DNA from: an uncultured delta proteobacterium
Lineage (GTDB): Bacteria; Myxococcota_A; Polyangia; Palsa-1104
Direction of reading: 5' to 3'
Length of the DNA: 64,000 bases
Assembly: GCA_963785725.1 (NCBI GenBank)
Contig: CAWAWS010000020.1
Span: forward strand, 317,278-381,277
Shown: positions 21,248 to 30,820 of the stretch, one piece after another
How positions within the stretch are numbered: position 1 is the first letter of the stretch
Layout: every line of letters begins with the position of its first letter
Notes under the pieces: generated by a model
Databases searched by the model: none
What the model was told of the DNA's origin: nothing
Seen by the model: the letters and a program-made list of their open reading frames with translations, nothing else
Made by a program: the position numbers and the translations under genes

Positions 21248-22482
21248 GCGAGCGCGCGCGCCAGCCACTGCCGCGCGTCGTCGAGGCCGTCGATGTTAGC
21301 GAGCGGCAGCGTGTCGCCGTAGAAGCCGTGCGCGAGCTTGTGGCGCAGCTTGTCGACATGCCGGCCATGCGCCGTCTCGACCTGCAGCACGCGCGGATCG
21401 AAGGGCAGCCCCTTTTCGTGCAGCATCTCGAACAGCAACAGCTGCACGGCCTCGGCGGCGACGGGCGCGAGCGCTGCCGACGCCTGCGCCAAGCGGCTCG
21501 CGCAGGCGCTACGGCGACCAAGGATTGCGGCGTCGTCGAGCGCGGCGGCGGTCACGGCCGCGGCGGCGCCGTCGAGGATCGTGCGATGGCGCTGCGTGGC
21601 GGCGTCGACGAGCGTCGTGGCCGCGCCGCCGTCCGCCGGCGGCTGATAGGCGTCGGGCAGGTCGACGCCGCGCGACAGCAGCTCCTCGCGCACCATGAAG
21701 CGCGCGTGATCGACGTCGTGCAGGAAATATTCGAGCGGCGACAGCCGCGCGCCATCGCTGAAGATGGGCGTCGTGCGCAGACCGAGCGGATGCACGGGCA
21801 CGACGCGCGTGTGCACGAAGAAGCGCGGCGACAGCGGCGCGAACGTCGGAAACACGATCACGTCGGGATAGAGCTGCCCGAGCGGCGCCAGCTCGGCCGC
21901 GACTTTGGGCCGATAGATCGCCGGCAGATCGGGCTCGAGGGCGCGCGCTTCGGCGTCGACGGCGAGCGCGAACGCATGCGCGACCGCGAGCGCGGCGGCG
22001 TAAGGCGCGCCGGCCGCGGCGACGGCGCGCAGCTCGGCGGCGAGCGGCGGATGCGAACGATCTAGCCAAGCGGCAGCGTGCAGCAGCGTCGGCACGAGCT
22101 CGGGCAGCCGCGAATCGCCCGTCGCCGCTCGCTGTCGCAGCTGACGATAGAAGCCGACCGGATCGGCGGTCAGCGCGGCACCGAAGTGATCGGGCGGCGG
22201 CGGCAGCAACAGCGCGCCGCGCTGCTCGAAGCCGGCCGCCGCCAGCGCCAGCAGCTCGAACGCGAACAGCGTCAACCGTCCGTGGTCATCGACGAGCGTC
22301 GCGGTCGTAATCGGCGAGCCGACGTAGACGCGGCGACGGCACGCGACCAATTCGCGCACGAAGCCGTGATTGCGCAGGAGCGACCAGCCTTCGCGCGGCA
22401 AGATGACGTGGCCGGGCCACTCGCGCGCGACGTCGGCGTCGGCGAGCCGGCCGATCACCGCGATGTCGCCGGCGCCGTTCAC
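21244..22482 (-). CDS. hypothetical protein with HDxxH...HE motif
   Basis: 412 aa, overlapping the downstream gene by 4 nt; 'SPLEYFLHDVDH', 'LLFEMLHEKG'. Confidence 0.7.
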   Translation of the reverse strand: MNGAGDIAVIGRLADADVAREWPGHVILPREGWSLLRNHGFVRELVACRRRVYVGSPITTATLVDDHGRLTLFAFELLALAAAGFEQRGALLLPPPPDHFGAALTADPVGFYRQLRQRAATGDSRLPELVPTLLHAAAWLDRSHPPLAAELRAVAAAGAPYAAALAVAHAFALAVDAEARALEPDLPAIYRPKVAAELAPLGQLYPDVIVFPTFAPLSPRFFVHTRVVPVHPLGLRTTPIFSDGARLSPLEYFLHDVDHARFMVREELLSRGVDLPDAYQPPADGGAATTLVDAATQRHRTILDGAAAAVTAAALDDAAILGRRSACASRLAQASAALAPVAAEAVQLLLFEMLHEKGLPFDPRVLQVETAHGRHVDKLRHKLAHGFYGDTLPLANIDGLDDARQWLARALA

Positions 22483-22519
22483 CCGCCAAAGATAGCGCGA
22501 CGGCGGCGAACGCGCTCGA

Positions 22520-23383
22520 TCACCTGAGGTCGATCGCGGTCACGCGGTCGTGCACGCGCTCGGCCAGCGTCAGCCCGCCGTAACGCGCGTACTCGCGCGG
22601 GTAGCCGACCGGGCTCGTCTCGACCGTGAATTCGCCGCCCGGCCCGACGGCGACGGCGCGCTTGCGGAAGTGCGTGTGGCCGGCGGCGCCGTAGCGGACA
22701 TTTCCCGCGCGCTGCATGGCCGCGCCCAGCCGCTCCGAGCCCATGAAGCCGTTGATGAAGTCCCACGGCGGCTCGCCGCGCGACGTCACCAGCGCCGCCA
22801 GCGGCAGATGATGCGTGACCACGACCGTCGGCCGCGCGCCGGCTTCGTCGAGCTGGCGTTGCAGCGCGTGCACCATGCCGTCGCAGATGCCGAGATCGTC
22901 GAGCTTGCCGCCGCTGTCGTCGGGCCAGTGGACGCGCAGCTTGTCGTTCCAGCGCAGGCGTCCCCACGAGCCGCGCACGTAGTCCTCGCGCGTGAAGGTG
23001 CCGTCGAGCTCTTTGCAGCGCAGCGAGTAGTCGTACCAGCCGGTGGTGCCGCAAAAGACGACGCCGTCGATCTCGACCGGCGCCGCATGCAGCGCGTCGA
23101 CGCCGGCGCGCGCGCAGCGTTCGGGAATGTCGCGCTCGTATTTGTCGCGGCTGGTCGGCCCTTCGGCGGCGCACCATAAGTCGTGGTTGCCGGGCACGAA
23201 CACCGTGCGTGGCGCCGCCTTGCCGAGCCGCGCCAGCGCCGACTCGAGCGTGTCGAGGTCGTGCGTCACGTCCCCGGCGACGATGAGCACGTCTACGGCC
23301 AGTTCCTCGACGCGCGCGCTCACGAGCGGAATGACGTCGGGATGATGCTCGACATGAAGGTCGCTGGTGAGCGCGAGACGCAT
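22520..23383 (-). CDS. calcineurin-like metallophosphoesterase
   Basis: 'SDLH', 'AGD', 'GNHD', 'THH', 'GHTH'. Confidence 0.92.
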   Translation of the reverse strand: MRLALTSDLHVEHHPDVIPLVSARVEELAVDVLIVAGDVTHDLDTLESALARLGKAAPRTVFVPGNHDLWCAAEGPTSRDKYERDIPERCARAGVDALHAAPVEIDGVVFCGTTGWYDYSLRCKELDGTFTREDYVRGSWGRLRWNDKLRVHWPDDSGGKLDDLGICDGMVHALQRQLDEAGARPTVVVTHHLPLAALVTSRGEPPWDFINGFMGSERLGAAMQRAGNVRYGAAGHTHFRKRAVAVGPGGEFTVETSPVGYPREYARYGGLTLAERVHDRVTAIDLR

Positions 23384-23455
23384 CACCTCATTATGTAAGT
23401 CTCCATCCGCCGCTTGGCTTGCAAACTGCGACGTTCGGACTATGCTGCATGGCTG

Positions 23456-23963
23456 ATGTTCGCCTTGGGTGCCTACATGCTGTCCGCGGTCGCGTCGTTG
23501 TCGACGTCGCTGCCGGCGCATGCCGAGCCGCTGGCGAGCACCTACGAGCAGGCCGCCTGCGACCCGTCGGACTCGGGCGAGTGCGCCCAAGAGCTCGACC
23601 TGGCGTTCACGTGGGCGCTGAGCGAGCTCGAATCTGCCACCGGCGCCGGCCGTGCTCGACTGCAGCGACTCGCGCATGCCCGACTTCGGCGGCTGGTGCG
23701 ACCTGCCGCATCCGCAGTCGCCGCTGGCGCCGCGCGCGTCGAGCGTGCACAACGGCAGTCACGGCTTCGGCATGCGCGCCGGCCACGCGACCTCGACGCC
23801 GCCCTTGGCGTCACCGCAGCCGCCGAGCGACGACTCGCGCACGCTGCCGCCGTTGACGCTGACGTTCCTCATGCCACCGACGAGCGCCCCGCTCGTCCTG
23901 CATTACGTCGCGCATCACGTCGATGCCCCCAGCCTCCGCCTCGAACGTCCGCCCCGCATCTAG
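23456..23963 (+). CDS. hypothetical exported protein ending in ERPPRI (one apparent frameshift ~23645; start uncertain)
   Basis: Hydrophobic N-terminus/AHA, Cys-containing middle, Pro-rich C-terminus; stops 67 nt before the DsbA gene. Confidence 0.5.
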
Positions 23964-24030
23964 CGGTTTTCTTTTTCCGACATTTTGGTTCAGCAGCACA
24001 ACTCCTACAGGGATAGGTACAGGTGTACCC

Positions 24031-26647
24031 ATGAGTAAAGGTCTCGCAATTATCGGAATGCTCGTTTCACTCGTGGTCGGTGTCTTCATCGGCCAGACGT
24101 GGAACCACTCGTCGTCGGAAGGCAGCGCGGCCAACGTGCCGGCCGCGGCGCTGCCCGACTCGACCGTCGAGCGCTTCAAGATCCCGACCGGCACCGCGCC
24201 GGCCAAGGGTCCCGAGCACGCCAAGGTCACCATCGTCGAGTACTCGGACTTCCAGTGCCCGTTCTGCTCGCGCGTCGAGCCGACGATCGACCAGATCATG
24301 AAGACGTACGGCAAGGACGTGCGCGTGCTGTGGAAGAACCAGCCGCTGCCGTTCCATCAGAACGCGATGCCGTCGGCCGAGATCGCGATGGCCGGCTACG
24401 CCAAGAAGGGCAACGACACCTTCTGGAAGCTGCACGACACGCTGTTCAAGAATCAGCAGCAGCTCGACGCGCCCGGACCTCGAGAAGTACGCCAAGGAGG
24501 CCGGCCTCTCGGACGACGACATCAAGGACGCGCTCGACGCCAAGAAGTTCGACGCGCAGATTCAGGCGGACTCGGCCGAAGGCACGAAGTTCGGCGCGCG
24601 CGGCACGCCGGCGTTCTTCATCAACGGTCGCTCGCTCTCGGGCGCGCAGCCGTTCGACGCCTTCAAGAAGGTCATCGACGAGGAGATCGCGGCGGCGACG
24701 AAGGCGATGGCCAACGGCGCCAAGCTCGACAACGTCTACCAAGTGCTGACGTCGAACGGCAAGACGGCCGCGGGCGCGCCCGACGCGCCGAAGCCGCAGC
24801 AGGCGATGGCCGATCCGGCCGCCGTCTACAAGGTGCCGCTGGGCTCGTCGCCGGAAAAGGGTCAGAAGACGGCCAAGGTCACCATCGTCGAGTTCTCGGA
24901 CTTCCAGTGCCCGTTCTGCTCGCGCGTCGAGCCGACCCTGACGCAGCTCGAGAAGGAGTACGGCAAGGACCTGCGCGTCGTGTGGAAGAACAGCCCGCTG
25001 CCGTTCCACCAGAACGCGATGCCGGCGGCCAAGGCGGCCGTGGCCGCGGCCGACGCAGGGCAAGTTCTGGGAGATGCACGACAAGATGTTCGCCGATCAG
25101 GCGCACCTCGATCAGGCGACGTTCGAGAAGTACGCCGGTGAGCTCGGCCTGAACATGTCGAAGTTCAAGGCGGCGATGGCCGATCCGAAGACCGACGCCG
25201 ACATCAAGGCGGACATGGCGCTGGCGGAGAAGCTCGGCGCGCGCGGCACGCCCGGCTTCTTCATCAACGGTCGTCCGCTGCGCGGCGCGCAGCCGAAGGA
25301 GTCGTTCAAGGCGGTCATCGACAAGGAGATCACGGCGGCGGACGCGCTCTCGAAGAGCGGCACGAAGCCGGCCGACCTCTACACCGAGCTGACCAAGAAC
25401 GGTAAAGAGAAGGCCGACGCGGGCGCGGCTCCGGCGGCGCAGCAGCGCCCGGGCCAGCCCGATCCGAACGCGGTCTACGCGCGGCCATCGAAGACGCGCC
25501 GGTCAAGGGCGCCGACGCCAAGCACGCCAAGGTCACCATCGTGACGTGGTCGGACTTCCAGTGCCCGTTCTGCGGCCGCGTCGAGCCGACGCTCGATGCA
25601 GGTCATGCAGACCTACGGCAAGGACGTGCGCATCGCGTTCAAGCAGCTACCCGCTGCCGTTCCACAACAACGCGCACGCGGCGGCCGAAGCGGCGCTGGC
25701 GGCCAAGGCCCAGGGCAAGTTCTGGGAGATGCACGACATCATGTTCAAGAACCAGCAGGCGCTCGATCGCGCCGTCGCTCGAGAAGTACGCGGCGCAGAT
25801 CGGCCTCAACGTCGACAAGTTCAAGAGCGACCTCGACTCGGGCAAGTGGAAGGCGAAGGTCGACGCCGAGCAGGCCGAGGGCAACGAAGCTGGGCGCGCG
25901 CGGCACGCCGTCGTTCTTCATCAACGGCAAGTCGCTTCGTCGGCGCGCAGCCGCTCGACGCCTTCAAGGCCAAGATCGACGCCGAGATCAAAGAAGCCGA
26001 CGCCAAGGCGCACGGCAACTACGCCAAGTACTACGACGAGCTCATGAAGGGCGCGAAGACGGAAGTGCGCGGCGGCTCCGGCCGCGGCGCGCTCCGCCGT
26101 CGGACACGCAGGTCTACAAGGTCGATCCGGGCAACGGTCCGTCGGTGGGCCCGAAGAACGGCGCCGGTGCACGATCGTCGAGTTCTCGGACTTCCAGTGC
26201 CCGTTCTGCTCGCGCGTCGTCCCGACCGTCAAGCAGATCGAGGACAAGTACAAGGACAAGGTCCGCATCACGTGGCGCAACTATCCGCTGCCGTTCCACA
26301 ACAACGCGATGGCGCGCGGCCGAAGCCGCGATGGCGGCCAACGCGCAGGGCAAGTTCTGGCCGATGCACGACAAGCTGTTCGCCAATCAGCAGGCAGCTC
26401 GATCGCCCGAACCTCGAGAAGTTCGCCAGTGAAGTCGGCCTCGACATGAGCCAGTTCAAGGCGGACCTCGACTCGCACAAGTACAAGGCGTCAGATCGAC
26501 GCCGACGTGCAGTACGCCAACTCGCTCGGCGGCTCGGGCGGCTTCGGCACGCCGACGTTCTTCATCAACGGGCATAAGGTCGCCGGCGCCATGCCGATCG
26601 ACGCCTTCGCCGCCATCATCGACGGCGAGCTGAAGAACAAGCACTAA
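24031..26647 (+). CDS. membrane-anchored protein with four tandem DsbA/thioredoxin domains (multiple apparent frameshifts)
   Basis: Four 'SDFQCPFC' motifs (~24250, ~24900, ~25555, ~26190), each followed by 'PLPFH' and 'GTPxFFING'. Confidence 0.88.
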
Positions 26648-26674
26648 GACGTAGTCGCACTACACGTTTCACCT

Positions 26675-26709
26675 GAGCGGGGTTCCTTCGGGAGCCCCGC
26701 TCTTTTTTT
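26675..26709 (+). terminator. intrinsic (rho-independent) terminator
   Basis: GAGCGGGGTTCC-TTCG-GGAGCCCCGCTC followed by T7. Confidence 0.9.
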
Positions 26710-26771
26710 GCGCGCGAATGTGAGCCGCCGCGGTCGGACCAGCTCGCCGAGGCTGTGCTAGCATTGCCGGC

Positions 26772-27803
26772 ATGCTCATCCTCATGCACTCGACCGCCTC
26801 GCCGGCCGACGTGGACGCGGTCGCCGACAAGGTGCGCGCGCTCGGCTTCACGCCGCACAAAATGCCCGGCGCGCAGCGCATCGCCGTCGCCATCACGGGC
26901 AACTCGGGACCGGTCGACAGCGCCCACTTCGTGCATCTGAGCGGCGTCGCCGAGGCGGTGTCGATCTCGAAGCCGTTCAAGCTGGCATCGCGCGAGACGC
27001 ATCCGCACGACACCGTCATCAACATCAAGACGCCGACGGCGACGGTCGCGTCGATCCTCGGCGGCGGCACGTTCGCGGTCATCGGCGGACCGTGCGCCGT
27101 CGAAGGGTACGAGCAGACGCTGGCGGCGGCGCGCGCGGTCAAAGCCGCGGGCGGCAAGTTCCTGCGCGGCGGCGCCTACAAGCCGCGCACGTCGCCCTAC
27201 TCGTTCCAAGGCACCAAGCTCGAAGGCCTGAAGATTCTGTCCGAGGCCCGCAAAGAGACGGGGCTGCCGGTGGTGACCGAGGTGCTCGACACGACGCACA
27301 TCGAGCAGGTCGCCGAGCACGTCGACATCCTGCAGATTGGTACGCGCAACGCGCAAAACTTCGCGCTCTTGGAGGCGGTGTCGTCGATCCGCAAGCCGGT
27401 GCTGCTCAAGCGCGGCATGTCGTCGACGATTCAGGAGTTCTTGATGGCCGCCGAGTACATCGTCAAGGGCGGCAACTATCAGGTCATCTTGTGCGAGCGC
27501 GGCATTCGCACGTTCGAGCCGATGACGCGCAACACGCTCGACCTCGGCTCGGTGCCGCTCATCAAACGGCTGACGCACTTGCCGATCATCGTCGACCCGT
27601 CGCACGGCACGGGCGACAGCGTGCTCGTGAGGCCGATGGCGCGCGCGGCGCTGGCGGCGGGCGCGGACGGCGTCATGGTCGACGTGCATCCCGAGCCCGA
27701 GAAGGCGCTGTGCGACGGCCCGCAGTCGCTGCGTCCGTCGGAGTTCTCCGCGCTCATGGACGAATTGCGCGCCATCGCCGCGGTCATGAAAGTGACGATG
27801 TGA
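26772..27803 (+). CDS. aroF: 3-deoxy-7-phosphoheptulonate (DAHP) synthase, class I-beta with N-terminal regulatory domain
   Basis: 'GPCAVE', '[16 protein letters not shown]', 'KPVLLKRG', 'VDPSHGTG', 'CDGPQSL'. Confidence 0.95.
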   Translation: MLILMHSTASPADVDAVADKVRALGFTPHKMPGAQRIAVAITGNSGPVDSAHFVHLSGVAEAVSISKPFKLASRETHPHDTVINIKTPTATVASILGGGTFAVIGGPCAVEGYEQTLAAARAVKAAGGKFLRGGAYKPRTSPYSFQGTKLEGLKILSEARKETGLPVVTEVLDTTHIEQVAEHVDILQIGTRNAQNFALLEAVSSIRKPVLLKRGMSSTIQEFLMAAEYIVKGGNYQVILCERGIRTFEPMTRNTLDLGSVPLIKRLTHLPIIVDPSHGTGDSVLVRPMARAALAAGADGVMVDVHPEPEKALCDGPQSLRPSEFSALMDELRAIAAVMKVTM

Positions 27804-28042
27804 AGGCGCTGACGCTGTACACGCGAGTGGGCTGCCACTTGTGCGACGTGATGAAGGAGCGGCTGGACGTGATCGGTCAAACGCATCCATTTACGCTGCA
27901 GCTCGTCGATATCGACCAAGATCCGACGCTGAAGCAGCAGTACGACCACGAGGTCCCGGTGCTGCTCGTCGACGGCGCCAAAGTGGCGAAGTACCGGCTC
28001 GACGAAGCCATGCTGCTGCGACGGCTGGAGAATCGAGCGTGA
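27800..28042 (+). CDS. glutaredoxin-like protein (DUF836 type)
   Basis: '[10 protein letters not shown]...VDID...EVPVL'; GTGA overlap with aroF. Confidence 0.85.
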   Translation: MKALTLYTRVGCHLCDVMKERLDVIGQTHPFTLQLVDIDQDPTLKQQYDHEVPVLLVDGAKVAKYRLDEAMLLRRLENRA

Positions 28043-28671
28043 GCGCGGACGACGAATCGAAAGCGGCGCCGGCGCCGACGTTGTTGCGCGCGGTCGCCTA
28101 CGGCACGGCCGCCGTGGTGACGGCGATTTTGGTCGTGCTCTATGGTCGCGCCTTGCCGGACGCGATGAAGCGGGCGCACGACGGCGAGCATGCCGGACGC
28201 GAAGCCGCGTGCGAGTCGCTGCAGCCGGCGCCGGGCAACGCGACCTTGGGCCAGCTGCCGGTGGCGGCGCCCGACTTCGCGCTCAAGGATTACGCCGGCC
28301 GTGAAACGAAGCTGTCGTCGCTCAAGGGCAACGTCGTGCTCGTGAACTTCTGGGCCACGTGGTGCGGCACCTGCGTCGTCGAGATGCCGTCGATGGAGAA
28401 GCTCGTCGAGAAGGAGCACGGCAAAGCGTTCCGCCTGCTCGCCGTCAGCGTCGACGACGGCTGGCCGGAGATTCGCAAGTTCTTCGCCAAGGGCACGCCG
28501 CTCGAGGTGCTGCTCGACACGACGCGCGAGGTGCCGAAGAAATGGGGCACCGAGAAGTTCCCCGAGTCGTTCATCATCGATAAGGACGGCAACATTCGTT
28601 ATTACGTCGTCAGCAATCGCGACTGGAGCACGCCCGCCGTCTCCGCTTGCATCGACGCCATGCTCGATTGA
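28039..28671 (+). CDS. TlpA/ResA-family thiol:disulfide reductase
   Basis: N-terminal TM, 'APDFAL', '[11 protein letters not shown]', 'FPESFIID'. Confidence 0.92.
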   Translation: MSADDESKAAPAPTLLRAVAYGTAAVVTAILVVLYGRALPDAMKRAHDGEHAGREAACESLQPAPGNATLGQLPVAAPDFALKDYAGRETKLSSLKGNVVLVNFWATWCGTCVVEMPSMEKLVEKEHGKAFRLLAVSVDDGWPEIRKFFAKGTPLEVLLDTTREVPKKWGTEKFPESFIIDKDGNIRYYVVSNRDWSTPAVSACIDAMLD

Positions 28672-28768
28672 TCGCGCCCGCGTCGCCCGCGACGCGCGAA
28701 TTCCCGCGAAACCAAGTGTGAGCTAACGCGCTCGTGGAATTCGGCGGCGGCGGTTATGCTGCGCCACC

Positions 28769-30793
28769 ATGAGATCAACAATCGCATTCGCCCTCGCCGG
28801 CGTGCTCGCGCTGGCCGGCACGGCCGCCGCGACGCCACCCAAGCCCGGCGTCATCAAGCGCAACATCATCATGCAGAAGCGGCAGGCGGGTACGTCGATC
28901 GTGACGACGGCGCCCGACGGCACGATCAAGATCGTCCTCGACATGGTGGAGAACGGACGCGGCCCGCACTTCGACGACACGCTGCGGCTCGGGCCCGACG
29001 GCACGCCGGTGGCGTTCACGGCGGCCGGTCATCACACGTTCGGCGCCGTCGTGCACGAAGAGTTCACCCGCCAAGGCGATCACGCGCGCTGGAAGAGCGA
29101 GGAAGAGAGCGGCGAGCGCGACGTCAAAGGCCCGGCCTTCTTCGTGCCCGTGTCCGACCTCTTCGAAACCTACGGCTGGATCATCGAAGCGGCCATCGCC
29201 CACGGCGGCAAGCTGGCGCTGCTGCCCGGCGGTGAAGTGCGCGTCGAGAAGCTGACCGACATGACCGTCAAAGTGGGCGCGCAGTCGCGGCACTTGACCG
29301 ACTACGGCTATATCGGCCTCGACTTGATCCGCGGCCACGTGTGGATGAACGACGACGGCACCTTCTTCGGCTTCGTCTTCGCCGGCTTCTCGTTCGTGCC
29401 CGACGGCTGGGAGAGCGTCGCCGACACGCTCGTCGCCAAGCAGGAGGCGCTCGACCGCGCGCACGACGCGCAGCTGGCGGCGACGTTCGCGCACAAGCCG
29501 CCCGCGGCCGGCCTCGTCTACACGCACGCGCGCGTGCTCGACGTCGAGCACGGCAAGTGGCTCGCCGACAGCGCCGTCGTCGTCGCCGGCGACAAGATCC
29601 TGGCCGTCGGGCCGACCAAATCCGTACGCATTCCGCCGGGCGCCGAAGTGGTCGACCTCGGCGGCAAGGCGCTCATCCCCGGCTTGTGGGACATGCACGC
29701 GCACTTCGGCGACGCCGATGGCCTGCTCGACGTCGCCTCGGGCGTGACCAGCGTTCGCGACGTCGGCAACAATCCCGACAAGCTCGACGACTACAAGAAG
29801 CGGTTCGACGAGGACAGCGCCATCGGCCCGCACGTCTATCGCTTCGGCTTCATCGAGGGGCGCAATCCCAAGGCCGCGTCGAGCAAAGTCACCGCCGAGA
29901 CCGAGGCCGAAGCCATCGCCGGCGTCGAGTTCTTCGCCAAGCGCCACTACGACGGCATCAAAATCTACAACTCGGTCAAGCCCGAGCTCGTGCCCATCAT
30001 CGCGCGCGAGGCGCACAAACGCGGCATGGCGGTCACCGGCCACATTCCCGTGCACATGCTCGCCAACGAGGCGGTGCGCGCCGGCTACGACGGCATCGAG
30101 CATATCAACATGTTGTTTTTGAACTTCTTCGCCACGCACGACACCGATACGCGCGACACGACGCGCTTTACGCTCGTCGGCGACAAGGCGGCGTCCTTCG
30201 ATCTGAATGGCAAGCCGATGCGCGACTTCATTCAGCTGCTCAAAGATCACCACACGATCATCGATCCGACGGTCAACGCCTTCGAGGATCTGCTCGTCGG
30301 ACAGTCGGGCAAGATCACGCCCGGCCTGGAGGTCACGGTGGCGCGGCTGCCGCTGCTCTTGCAGCGGCAGTATCGCTCGGGCGGGCTGCCGCTCGGCGAC
30401 AAGACGCAGCTCTATCACGACTCGTTCGAGAAGCAGCTGGCGCTGGTGAAGCTGCTCGCCGACGACAAAGTGCCGCTCGTCGTCGGCACCGATTCCTTGG
30501 CCGGGCTGTTCCTGCATCACGAGATGGCGCTGTTCGTGCGCGCCGGGATTTCGCCGGCGGCGACGCTGCGCATGGCGACGCTCGACTCGGCGCGCGCGCT
30601 GCATCAGGACGCGCACACCGGCTCGATCGCGGCCGGCAAGAGCGCGGATCTCGTCGTCATCGACGGCGATCCGCTGGCCAACATCGCCGACATCGGCAAA
30701 GTCGTGACGACGATGCGCGGCGGGCTCGTGTTCACGTCGCCCCCGCTGTACGAGGCGATGGGCGTCCAGCCGCTCGCCAATGCCCGCCCTTGA
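28769..30793 (+). CDS. secreted amidohydrolase-family protein
   Basis: Signal peptide; 'PGLWDMHAH', 'IEH', 'GTD', 'GSIAAGKSADLV'. Confidence 0.9.
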   Translation: MRSTIAFALAGVLALAGTAAATPPKPGVIKRNIIMQKRQAGTSIVTTAPDGTIKIVLDMVENGRGPHFDDTLRLGPDGTPVAFTAAGHHTFGAVVHEEFTRQGDHARWKSEEESGERDVKGPAFFVPVSDLFETYGWIIEAAIAHGGKLALLPGGEVRVEKLTDMTVKVGAQSRHLTDYGYIGLDLIRGHVWMNDDGTFFGFVFAGFSFVPDGWESVADTLVAKQEALDRAHDAQLAATFAHKPPAAGLVYTHARVLDVEHGKWLADSAVVVAGDKILAVGPTKSVRIPPGAEVVDLGGKALIPGLWDMHAHFGDADGLLDVASGVTSVRDVGNNPDKLDDYKKRFDEDSAIGPHVYRFGFIEGRNPKAASSKVTAETEAEAIAGVEFFAKRHYDGIKIYNSVKPELVPIIAREAHKRGMAVTGHIPVHMLANEAVRAGYDGIEHINMLFLNFFATHDTDTRDTTRFTLVGDKAASFDLNGKPMRDFIQLLKDHHTIIDPTVNAFEDLLVGQSGKITPGLEVTVARLPLLLQRQYRSGGLPLGDKTQLYHDSFEKQLALVKLLADDKVPLVVGTDSLAGLFLHHEMALFVRAGISPAATLRMATLDSARALHQDAHTGSIAAGKSADLVVIDGDPLANIADIGKVVTTMRGGLVFTSPPLYEAMGVQPLANARP

Positions 30794-30820
30794 TTCATCC
30801 CTGCTAATCCGAGGCGCGCG

